DNA from: Dipteris shenzhenensis
Taxonomy: Eukaryota
DNA length: 64,000 nt
NCBI GenBank assembly: GCA_047967505.1
Contig: CM106538.1
Strand: one strand, 5' to 3'
A model generated the notes under the pieces. That model searched no databases, was not told where the DNA came from, and was given only the letters and a program-made list of their open reading frames with translations. Below are positions 13,851 through 26,637 of the stretch, in pieces. The position numbers were made by a program, and so were the translations under genes. Position 1 is the first letter of the stretch. Each line of letters opens with the position of its first letter.

Positions 13851-15448
13851 AAGACCCTTTTTGTGGAAAGGAAGATCTCAAAAGGTTTATCCATGTTTAT
13901 TTTTCCTCTAAAGTTTTTGAGTTCATTACACCCACTTTCAAGTAGTTGTTCTTGAAAAAGGTAATAAGCAAGCAGACTTGTCCTTGCTTCAAGGGGGAGA
14001 GAAGCAATCTAGGCAATAAAAGCATAAAATCGACCTTTAGGGGAATCGAGGTTTTGAAGGTTATGGATCATGTACTAGAGGACATGGTCCAGCCACATGA
14101 TAGAAGTACACCTAAATCCATCATGAGTGGAACACCAACACTTGATATAGCGTCTATGAATGTTCCAAAGAGTCTTGAGATATTTTTTGCATGACTTCTC
14201 TAAAGGGACAGCTTTGGTACGGAAGTATACACTATGGCTTGAACATTTGGATTGGTCAAAAGTTTGGAGGGGGTCAGCTGCATCAGATGATAGACTACAT
14301 AGAATAATGAGTGAATCAAGAGTAAAGGGAGCACGGTGGTTAATAGTCTCAAAAGCCCAGAGTTTGTGATAAAAGACCACTAGAATCTAATTCAAGTTGT
14401 CTAGGGGGAAGTAGACGAATGAAGGAGGCAAATTCTGCAAGAGGATTGTCAGGAGACTTTTCAGAGAAGGTAAAGTCTTGGGTTAGGCTTGCCAAGGCTT
14501 CTTTCTCAGCCGGGGATCAAGTCCATCAACATCCACCACGGGGTTTAGTGGAATGTGGGCAATTTGGGCAGGCAACGGAATCAAGGGTAAGTTATTTACT
14601 AGTAGTAGCTTATTCACAATGGCCAAGAGAGCCTTGTGATAAAAGTCTAAATCTTCCTCATCAGAAGAGTTGACATCAATGAGACGCCGGAGAGAGGAAT
14701 CAAAAGTCTCATTAGCAGTGTGGGGATCCTTTTGGAATGTTGCAAGTAACTATAGCTAGTCATTAATAGAAGCAATGCTGATAGCTAAAGGTGTGTCCTT
14801 CCCTTTTGCTTCTTCGTCGAACTTGATCAATTTTTTATGAAATCCATTGAGCCAAAGGGGGACAAATGTCATCCTTGAATCCAATCTTTAATAGGAAATC
14901 ATTCCAACATTCATGTACATACATTAGCAATGTGAGAAAATATTGGAAAGGTTAAACAGTTTTGAGTTATGTAAAAACTAGTGTTCTTGCCTAACTCGAT
15001 AAGTGCTTATCAAGCAATGTGGCATGTGGCATGGAAAATTTGGTAGCCCAGCCAAGGATTACCAACATGACCCATGGTTAACCTGGCCAAAGGTGAACAA
15101 GGTTTGGGGGTGTGTGTTTAAAAAAAGAAACCTATAAACAACATGGCACACGATGCTCACATAAAGATGGAAAAAACTTTTCATGTTGTAATATGAATAT
15201 ATGAGTACAACTAGTAACAAAATGTTGAATCCACCCGATAGTCTAGGTTCCAAGGTCGGGGTCCACTTACCTGCCACCATTTAAAAAAAACTAGTTGTTA
15301 GAACAATGGAGTTTTAAATGGGTAGATAGGTAATGCTTGTACACCCCAACTTGTTATTACTTTACCTAGAAAAGATAGACTCATCCAGACGTATTTGCAA
15401 AATGAAAATGTTAGGGGGACATTGTGAAATGTTGGAGACAAAAGTGTT

Positions 15449-16690
15449 GGCCTACCATATAGGAGGCATGATGAATGGCAATAATTTAGAAGCAAAACTA
15501 CCTAGCCTTCCATACAGGAGGAATAGACCAGAATAAAGATGGGTCTTTTTTTCAACAGACACTGCTCTAGCAATTCATGCAAAATGTGCACCATAAGTCA
15601 GCTTGTTTAAGTCAAGAGTACATAGCCCATCCAGAACTTACAATATCAACTTTCATTGTGTCCTAGCTGAGTGGGTAAACATGAAAAGTTCAAGCAGCAG
15701 ATGTTCTAACATTCTATAAGATTAATATTTTCTTTTAAAAACCTAGCCTCCCATCAAGGAGGCATGATAGATTCTTAAGCCTTCCATGTAGGAGGCGTCC
15801 AACTCATAACGTTAAGCAAAGACCTAGCCTTACATGGCAGAGGGAACATTAGCTTAAGCTAAAGAAAGACAATAGAAAGAAAAAAACCTTTAACATACAA
15901 TCATCTAGCCTTCCATATAGGAGGCATGAAACAATTAATTGTATCAAATTAAGCAAAGACCTAGCCATCCATGGAGGTGGCAACATTAGGTGTTAGCAAC
16001 CAAAAATAGATCCATCACACATTTAGATAAGCAAGTAGATATCATAGAGCTTGAGCACATAGTATAAAGAACCTCTCAAAAGAAGGCCACCATCTAGAAA
16101 ATATGATATGACATGGTAAGGTGCTTGGAAGAAGAACCTTGAAATTAGAATATCAAAGCCGGGTACCGAAATCTTGGGGACTAAAAAATCAAAACCCTCT
16201 CATGCATGTTATTGGTTTGTGGTAGCTTCTTTACATGCATTGAATTTGCTTGAAAGAGAGGATGAAGATTCAAGACGTTATTTGGAATTGGAAAGATGAG
16301 GAAGGACACTAATTAGATGATGATTGAGGGACAAAGAAAAATTGCTACATAATTGAGATATAGGAGAAGAGATAGGCGATCAAAAGACATTGCATATTCG
16401 AAAAAATTGATCAAAACACCTCAGGAATGTTTAATGATGACCATCTTAATTTCTCTACTTGAGCAATTGAAGGAAGCTTGAGTTTCTAGAATAGATAGTG
16501 TAACTCTATGTCAACAAGGACTCAAGGGCTCATGTAGCATAGAATGTGTGTGGAGAGTAGTTGCAAAGCTCCGGTTTTACTTACATAAGGCTAGGAATAG
16601 TCTCTCCTAGGAATCCTACCTGCATGTTCTAGATGCAACAAAAAAGTATTGAAATGCATTCATCTAGCCTTCCATAGAGGAGGCATGAAC
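15449..16690. repeat. Dispersed ~25-bp hairpin repeat CTAGCCTTCCAT-nn-GGAGGCATGA, about 8 copies
   Basis: Copies near 15449, 15501, 15742, 15777, 15823, 15905, 15960 and 16664; GCCT(T)CC / GGAGGC arms are complementary. Confidence 0.8.
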
Positions 16691-18220
16691 CAATTGTCTA
16701 TGTCACTATGTTAGGAACTCATAAAAACCTCAAATCATGATTAGGTATCTATATAAGCAGCATATGCAACTTGTAGATCCAAAGAGAATCTTTTATTAAA
16801 AAAGTACAAGTTGCATTGAGGGATTGTTGGATGAGCAGATATGATCCTGATTTGGAGTTGCTTCCATTGGATAAGCACGCGTGTGTTGAGGTGCTACACA
16901 CTGGGTATACCAAAAGGGTGTCTAATTAGCCCATGGAAGAGACAAGTGGAGCCTTAGTTTCTCAAATTTTTGGAGCCGAGTTAGGCCAAGACTAGTGGAG
17001 CCTTAGTTTCTCGGATTTTAGGATTTTCCACATGGCCATACTATTTGTTAATCATTTTCTGGTAGTATGAGGTGGCACTTCCACATGAATAGATGACATG
17101 GCATTGCCATGTGGATAGGTGATGTGGCAAGTGGTTATTTGACACTACCATATGGAAGATACATTGACATAGTGGGGTTTCCATGTGTCAGGGTAGTGAA
17201 TGGACTATCTACCACATAGCTTATTTGCCACATGGTTGGTGAGGAGAGAGTGTGCTATCTGCCATGTGGCTAAGATAAGATACAGAGAGCGTATAGAGAG
17301 AGAATCTTGGGAAGAGTTTCTATTTAGGAAGAACCTCAACAACAAGGTGATGGATGGAGGCAAGGAATCATTGTACATCAGTCATCTAGCTTGTGAAATT
17401 GAGGCTTGTGGTGTGTTGGTTCTTCTATCTTATGTCGGTATGGTTGTAGCCATGTAGCTCTACTTGGTTAAGTTGTGTTTGCAGTTGTAAGTTACTTTGC
17501 TACTCAATGCCATTGTTGATGCTATAGACTTGTCGCTATAGATCTATTGCGTCACTTTCTTTATGTTTGTTGATTGTTTGTGGGGTCAGTCATGCATCAT
17601 GCTTGTAGCTTAGTAGTCTGTGTTTGAGCATAGATTCTCGCTTTTCTTGTAGTTTGAGTTTCTTTTTGAGTTTGTCATGTTGCACATCAGGTCGCTTTTG
17701 TCATTGAGGCTTTCCTTAAATGCAATGCTATTGCTGCACCATAGCTATAGTTTGTCTTAGCTATTGAATTGTCTTCTTGTTGTGTTTGGTCGATCGCATG
17801 TGAAGTTGCTATGTGTCATGGCTTGTGGAAGTTGGCATGGTGGCCTTACTGTGTGGCTTGCTTGTTGTAGGAGTCTGCCTTGTCTATTGTTGTTTGAAAA
17901 TTGCTTGTAGAGCATCATGGCTTGTAGGCCACATTCTTGAAGATAGGTTGCTACGGGCTTACGATAGCAAAAATTCTCCAAAATTGTTTCTCTTTTTTTT
18001 TTTAAACCTTAGGATTTTAGAACCAAAAAGCCAAGGAGGGTAACTTAGAACGTCCCTCAAACCTTTGACTTGTGAAAAACTAAATCTTTCACAATTCTCT
18101 CTAAATCTCACACTCTCTTTCTCAATCAAGAAACTAAGAAGACAATGAAAGAATTTTTTATTAAGGAAACCAAGAAGAACAAAATGAAATAACCATGCAT
18201 GTGCGCATGTGTGCATGCGC

Positions 18221-18501
<281 letters not shown>

Positions 18502-21500
18502 GGGGGGAAGGGAAGGGAAGGGAGGCCCTATTCTATGTGACTCTACATGTGATAGAGAGTGGTGTAAACATAACATTACTAAGCTTTTTTGGTTTTCTTA
18601 GCAAGAAATATATTTTAGGATAGCTTAATGCTTACAAATATGAAGGGTCACCACCTGTCGGGTGTACCTCTTCAATCCACACTTGGAAATGTATGAGAGT
18701 TGGAATCTGATGTTCTAAGATACAGAGTGTGGAGAGATTTTTTGGGATCTATTGTTGTAAGAATCTTGTATTATGAAAATAATATTATTTCTTGTTTTAT
18801 GTATAGATATATTCCAAGCAATTTAGATGGTGTTACGAGTTTCTGATTCAATAATGTACTCTCTGCATTATTCGTAATGATGTCTTGCATTCCAAATATG
18901 ACGTGTGCATTGAGCTTTGAGATTTTGTTATTATGGAATACTTTTACAGGTTCCAAATGAGCCCCAAAAAACTGGCGATCCTACCCTGGCAACTCTAAGA
19001 TCGTAGTTGCTAAAGAAAGAAAGGTTCTAGGTAGATGAGGAGGATAATAGGTGAAGTTTTGTGGCGGAGTTATTTCTACTATGAAATTGATGAAGATTTG
19101 ATATTAGCAGAAGGAGAAGCATCTGCGAAAGGAAGTTCTAAATAACGGGTGGAATGGAAAGTAACGTGCAATGGTCTACATGTCAGATTTCATGAATCAG
19201 TCAGGACCCATTTCTTCCCATACATGGTTGTAAAAGCAGCGATTGCAAGAACCAGATGCAGAACCGTGTAGTGTTGCAACAATAGTAAGAGGAGCAGAAC
19301 CCTTCAGGGAGAACGATAACATCCCAATGACATCTAAGGTTGATGCTAGTACAACTTCGCTAGACGTATAGTTGCAACGCATTATAGACATGTTGGCTAT
19401 GGCAAAGTATTCTATAGAACTGCACGGCAAGGGTTCTAGTGGATGCTTTGCATGGTTGGTACTGTTGGTGATTCCATGTTAATACTGATGTCGTGAGTGT
19501 TATTGGTGTTGTGTTTGCTTATTGTACATTGAACACAATTATATTTGAATTGATTGATTCAACGATTCCTTCAATTGATTGTTACTAATGTGATTGTGGC
19601 TTGAGTACAAGTGATGCAACTAATGACAAGGATTGGATTTCATACAAAAATACCAATTGAGGTGCCGCACGACACATGTTAAATGGCCATAGGGAACTTT
19701 TTATATTACTTTGATACTATATACCTTGGGCAATACTTTATGTATGAGGGCATATATCATTTTTTATTAAATTAATCCCAAAGAGGATATGTAAAAAACA
19801 TCCCTTATTTTGGTGGAGAAAATGATAATTTTGGCACCTTATGCCTTAAAGATCTCAAATACTCTAGATGAGGAAGCGTGAGCCACTCAGGTAGGGGGCC
19901 ATGATTATACCCACAATGTTGTTGCTATCTCCTTGTGCCTTTGATTCTTTCTTCAATTCTTCAAGTGGTGCTTAGTGTATGTGTGACAATTCCTAATTTT
20001 AATTACAAGATGATTCATAGAGTTAACTCTATCATCAATGATGATAGACTCACTTCCCTTTTAATGATTATACAATATTGAGTACAAATGCAACAAATGG
20101 TAGAACTATTCAATAGTTTGACATCAAAAGAGCAACACGAGGGAGGAGAGAGGCACAGTGCCCCAATAATCCAATCTTGGCTTCAAGAAGCGAAGATAGC
20201 AATTGAAGTATTGAAAGCCAAGGTGACAAAGTAGAAAATAGAAAGAAGACGCATGCAAAAAACATTGGAAGAAAGCTAAAACTTTGCAAGCGAGCCACAA
20301 TAATCCTACTAGAAGTTCAAAATGAGTGTTATCATAGAATCAATTAAGGAAGCAACGTAGGATCTCAACGTAGGAATTTTGCTACGTAGGAAGCAACGCA
20401 GCAAAATTGGCACAAATGAAGGAAATCCTAATCACAAGTTAGCAATTTAAAAAAAGAGCAAGAAGATAACAAGAGGGAGTTGAAAAAGGAACCTAAAAGC
20501 AAGGACAACCCATGACTCAAGTGCGACAATAATTGGCTGCAACCAAAAACCAATTAGAAGATGCCTCGAAGGAGAATATATGGATTGAAGAGAGTCACAT
20601 GCATAGGTTGATGTAGGTGCCAAATTCTTGAAGAATGGATTAATACACTAGATGAGTTAGAGTCCTAAAAGAAGGTGAATTCAAAGATAAAGTCAAGGAA
20701 TGCAAAACTATGAGGACAATCTCTCAACTATGAGTCCCGAATGATGAACTACAATACATAAGACATGGAGGAACTTATAGAAGAGATATTCATGCAAGCA
20801 ATCACAACCTTATACCAACCAATTGTAACCTACACATAAAGACTCTCAACTCACTATAGAATGTGATAGGCCTATGAAAGAAAAGACTCTCCACCACATA
20901 TGCTAACCTCTATGACTTGACTAAGGGTATCTTAATCCTCCCAATATATGTAGTGTTCCTAAAGATAAAATAAAATGTCTTCACCAACTATGCCTACCTC
21001 ACAAAAAGTCCTCCCCTCAGAATGGTCAATGTTTTCATACCATTGGTTTAAAAGTCATCATCAACATTAGCTAGGTACTAACCATCGATAAGCCCTTTCT
21101 TGAAATTAATAAGTTTGGTAAAAAGGAAAAAGAAATCGTCTAAGGAACAATTAGTCTACCACACCTTCAACCTTCCATACCTCTCAAAGCTCCATGTCAA
21201 TTGATGGTTCCCCTACCCTCAACCGCCTCTCCTCAATACATTTCAAGAGGTGAAATCCAATCACTACTTCTTACCTTGTTTCTTTACCCTTGCCTTCCAT
21301 CATCACCATCTAAAACCAAAAACTATCTCCTAGCCCCTACTAACAAGAACCTTATTACTTTGCCCCTTTTTATGTAATCGTCTTAACCCCATTCCACCTT
21401 GTCTCTACTAAACCATCCACCTTTCTATTTTTCTATCACCCTACATATACCAATGTCCCAACTAGTTCTCAAGCCAGTGCCAATGAGGATAATACTATAC

Positions 21501-21963
21501 AAAACCCCATGTGAGATCACATAAGTAAAGCAAGGTGACCAACTAACATTGATGCCAACAAATCCCATAAAGAACTTTTGGAAATCACACCAAGATAGGG
21601 AAGTTAAAGGAGATTGGAATGTTTGAAAGATCGTATACCATAGAGCTAGCAATGATGCAATGTGATAGAAGGCATCCACAATTGCTCACAAGCAAATTTG
21701 TGGCATCAATATCTCAAAAGATCAAAATTTCCAATGTCTTTAGTTCATGAACAGAGACAATCTAGCTCATGATTTATCCAAGATCAAAAAGTAAAGTTTG
21801 TGAAGGATGTATGTATGCAAGTAGCATAGGAAACCAAAGGAGAAACCGACGACGCATGGTACGTTGAACTCGGTTCACACTAATATTTGCTTGACACCTT
21901 TGCTACTTGGGAAAAAACATATTTTGTTTTTGAAATTCTTGGCTATGCCCAAAACTTTTCCTT

Positions 21964-22085
21964 TATCTTAAACCTTTTCAATATTTAAAGTTTAAAAATA
22001 TGTAGAAGATCAATAAGTAAGAAAATATCTTAAACCTTTTCAATATTTAAAGTTTAAAAACATGTAGAAGATCAATAAGTAAGAA
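21964..22085. repeat. ~62-bp tandem duplication
   Basis: tatcttaaaccttttcaatatttaaagtttaaaaa(t/ac)atgtagaagatcaataagtaagaaa occurs twice in tandem. Confidence 0.9.
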
Positions 22086-23490
22086 AGGCACAATGCTTGA
22101 AAAGTGAAAATTGAAAAAGAATACCATTGTAGTACACATTCCAGAATAGAATGATGTTGCAAAAAACAAAAGAATAAAGCAATGAATGAAAATGTGCAAT
22201 TGATGTTGCAAACAAAGAGTCTATGAAATATATTTGAATTACAAGTAGGAAACATGATATTCAATTTCATAAACCAATCACCAACATAACCCATGATGAT
22301 GTTGTCACACCAAACCATCCATTAAGTAAATATTGGACTGAGCGGGGTGTTATTACAACTCAATCATGTGATCTTTGTCATCCTTTAATGCACTTTTAGT
22401 CTAGCATGAATGGAAGAAAGACATGCAAATGCACTATCCATAGCCTTTACATGCACGAGCACTAATAAAGGAAAAAGAAAGCTTTGGCAATATAAAACAA
22501 AGCTCCATTCTAAGAGTTTTAATTTTGAAATTATTGCCCTTATGGAGGCTAGTTTTGATGATATGCAACTAAACTTTCTACGTGGAAGCACCGTTGCACC
22601 AAATAGTTTCTTAATAACTTGCAATTTATGGTTTATAAAGAAATACTAAAAATAACATTGAAAATCCTTTCATCTTAAGTTTAAAACTAATGGAGAACTT
22701 TTTATGAATCCTTTTTTCCACGTATATGTGACATGAGTATTTATTGAGCAATAATGGGATTATGATTAAAATCTTTATAGGTTTTGCTCTAACTATTTAT
22801 GCTAAAAGTATAAAAACTATTGTTTTTGCTTGCAAAAGAATACTAATCAATGAAAATTCAAAAAGAATTAACACTTCGTGAATGATTTGTGCATCCTTAA
22901 AAACATTTCATGCTCTATATGCTACGAAAATGTTTTCGAGAGCAAGAATTAATCTCGTCCTTGATGGCCATGTTCTTGTATTTTCAAAGCTATATATTCT
23001 TTAACTGTTTTCATAGCCTTTGCATAAAAGAAAACATTTGGTATGATTAAATTTAGGCACCAATGATATTTTTTCTAGATATGAATGCTTTTGTACCCCT
23101 TAAAAGGTAGCAAATGCAATCAACCTCAGGCCACAACTAGCGTTTATGCCCAACTGATCTTGTACATTGGGGCCAAAAATACTCCCCCCATCCAATCTAC
23201 GAGGGTGAACAGCAATAGCACTGTATTTTAGATTAAACTTGACCTAAAAACCTAGCAAGATCTACCAACGTAGTGGCATAGTTTTGTCCTAAGCATCAAC
23301 CATTTCACTAAGATTTTGTGCATCATGCTACTATGAATAAATTAGTATATTTGCCAAGATCAAAACTTCCAATGCACAAAAATCACAACCACTGCAAAAT
23401 TATTCTTATGTCAACCTAGCCTTATACAAGCAGAAAGGATTTATCCTTCCAACACTGAGTCACCTGCAAAAGTTGCAGGGTGCATATGGC

Positions 23491-23625
23491 CTACTCGTCA
23501 TTCCAAACCCCAGCCAACTCATCAGGTTCCACCTGGTTCACAGTAAGGTGGTTTTTTCTACGCTGCTTAGCCTTCACCTTCTTCCTATATTTGGAAGCCT
23601 TTGCCTTCTTGTCTTGTGATCGTAC
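23491..23625 (-). CDS. BRX1: BRX1 coding exon 8 (VRSQDKK...VWNDE*)
   Basis: caacag| acceptor; basic C-terminal tail; TAG at 23493-23491. Confidence 0.93.
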   Translation of the reverse strand, partial: VRSQDKKAKASKYRKKVKAKQRRKNHLTVNQVEPDELAGVWNDE

Positions 23626-25902
23626 CTGTTGCATGCAAGAGTTTAGAGATACACTATCAAAACATTTTTACCTCTTAAAACAGCCATTCCATTGCAGAAA
23701 ATAAATGTGTTCCCAAATCTAACATCATAAACACCAACACTGGTGGCACCCACCCGTGCACAAGGTGCTGACATAAAACGCACTATAAAGCTGAGCTATT
23801 TGCAACATTCTTTATGACAGCAAATGGAAAACTTTAGACCAAACGTCAGAAACCTGGTTAGCCAAACCCATTACAGCACACTTTTGCATTATCATGTCCT
23901 TGGCCATATCTTTTCCAAATTTCTTTATTCCAGCAATAGCAAATACAGCACAAGAAAGATAGAGCGATTTTAACAGGATGGTATGCATGCTAAAGTGGGC
24001 AGAAATCGTACCACATTAGGTGAGATATAAAAGGGATTCTCATAGATCGTTTGTCCTCCAAGGCTTCCACTGAAAATTTTGATCGGGTGCAAACAGAATC
24101 TAGGGCCCACCTGAAAAGATACTAACCAAATTACCTTAGTCTCTTTTAATTTTTCAAGCAAGCCATATGAAGTGTACAAAATGTTACCTTATAATATACA
24201 ATTTATGTGCCTAGTTCTAATGCATGTCCAAAAAGCCCCCCCACCTAGCATTGGGAACTTCAGATTGATCTAGAACCGTGAAAACACCTTTGCAGAAGTC
24301 AAATACTCACCTCAATAAGTGTCATTTTGTCCATACCACCTTTATCTATCTTATCTGTACCATGATGAGGAACATTAATCTGTAGAACAAGGACCCAAGC
24401 GAGTTTTACCATTTCTGCAAGATCTTTTTTAACATGCCCCTCCAAACAAAAAGTTCTGATTTGGTGCTGAGCAGAAAGATAATAAAATTTTATTCAAAGA
24501 ATCATATCAAAAGCACAAAAAAACAGTAAAACAACTACCAATAATGCCAAGCAGAAAGAAATCAAAAGAGTGATATCAAAAACATAAAGATACGTTCAAG
24601 GTATTTAACTTCTCAAATAAATTTGATTTTACTACTTTGAGACCAAAGAGAAGGCATCAAATGATCTTCTTCAAAAGAACCGTGAATGCAAACAAATACA
24701 AAGTAGAATCAAAAGCAAACACCCACACAGTTTGCTTTAAATGGCTTGTTATTTGTGTAGTAGGCGCAAAGATTAACTACCACAATATAGAATGTATTTG
24801 AGCAACACAACATTCCACTGTAATTTCCAGGATACCTTCTTCAGAAGTGACATTCATCTACTTTAAAAAATAAAACACAAAGCTCAAATAGAAGAGGCCC
24901 AAATTTCAATTTGTTTGGTTTGGAATGGAAAACCTGGTAGTTACGGAACCAAACATGATTGTCAGCCACTGAAAATGCGAACACATGATCAAAGAAAGGC
25001 TTGACCTTCCTATGATCTTTGGGTGTACAAAATACCTGCAAAGAACCAGCAGCAAACCTGTTAAAGTTCCATCACTTATTAGCATGAAGATTTATTGAGT
25101 ATGGTTTGTGTCACCAAGCAAGCAACTCAAGGACATGGCTTATGCCTAGCTAAGCTAAGGTGAAACTCCTAAATGCATATTCATGGATCAAAGGTTCAGG
25201 ACAAACTTTCCCTCCATAATGTGAGGCCCTCTGTAAGTTTATTGTGAACCTTGTAAGGTCCCATAATGTTTCAATATCGACTTGAATGTGGTTTGTTTCC
25301 ATGTGTGAGGCAATATGACACGTCGCACTCTATGAATGCATGTGCACATACAGGATCACGTAGGCACAGGCCTACATGCAAGGGCACCCCAAGAGAGGAA
25401 ATGCTATGGCAAATAAAATTTTAAAGCACAAGTGCACTTGAGCTTTGGCCAGTTTTTTCCTCAAAACGTTTATGGAACCCACCATACATGGTCAGACTGG
25501 CAAAAGATCCACTTGTGGCAAAAGATCCAGATGGAATTGTGGCAAAATCACTAATTAAGTATAGTTCGACAAAGAAACTTGCATTTTCTTCCAAATTGTA
25601 CATCAACCAGAATGACTTCTAGTAAAAGCCGTCTCATAAGAAGACATGCCAATCACTAAAACCTCTAGAGGAAACATGTATACCCAAAAAAAAGCATCGA
25701 AAGAAAGGGAAAGAAAGGACACATCCACATGGGCATGGCTACCTGTTTCAACAACTCTTTAAGAAGTTGAAGATGAGGATGCATATCAAAGGATGACGAA
25801 AAAGTCAATAATGGACGAGATCCTTTCAGATGATTCCCTGTGAGTTTCAGCTCTGCCATTGTATGCACTACAGGTAACCAAATACAAACCACCTTAGAAC
25901 GC

Positions 25903-25941
<39 letters not shown>

Positions 25942-26331
25942 TACGGGAGTGACTCTTGTTGTTGGGTGTGCTGAGTTCAATCCCCAAGATCGACGTCTGT
26001 TGACCATAGTTACCAGAAACGGCCGTTTCTGGCCTGGAAACAGAAACGTCATTTCTCATCACTGTTTTTTGCCCTCTTTTGATTAAACTATTTTCAGTAA
26101 TCACTAGTTTTTTACCTCTATTGATAATTGCATTATGTATAAATAAACAAATTTTAATACATAAATTGTACCATATTGTTGTTTCTTCCGTTTCCGTTTT
26201 GGCGGGGGCCCGAAACTCCGTTTCCCCGGTTTTTCCCGTTTCCGTTTCGGCTGGCAACTATGCTGATGACCCCGTGAGGGCCTACCTTGTGGCTTGACGA
26301 TAAAAGATTCTCCCTCACTCCCCCCCCCCCC

Positions 26332-26373
<42 letters not shown>

Positions 26374-26569
26374 ATCACAGTGTCGCCAGCCCACATCTTC
26401 TCCATGCGTTCAGGGATCTCTTTTAGGCATATCGGTATCGTTATGATTATGGCTCTTTTTGTATTCATCGGGGGTGTTGATGCCCAGTTACAAGTTCCAC
26501 GCCTTCAACTTGTTGTATCAGGTTCTTTCACTCTCATAGACTCTGTGTTCTTTCAAAGACCTTTAATAA

Positions 26570-26637
<68 letters not shown>

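Noticed and set aside
15449-16690. CRISPR-like array
   Set aside because: Repeats are degenerate, spacing is very irregular, no cas genes, eukaryotic context
18640-21900. Degenerate TE-like sequence (possible gag or LINE ORF1 pieces)
   Set aside because: No motif or boundary clear enough to assign a family
22385-22649. Possible hAT transposase fragment
   Set aside because: Too degenerate; no diagnostic motif could be confirmed
23841-23900. Intronic C/D snoRNA in BRX1 (ATGATAA...CTGA, minus strand)
   Set aside because: Imperfect C box, only ~50 nt, no terminal stem or recognisable guide
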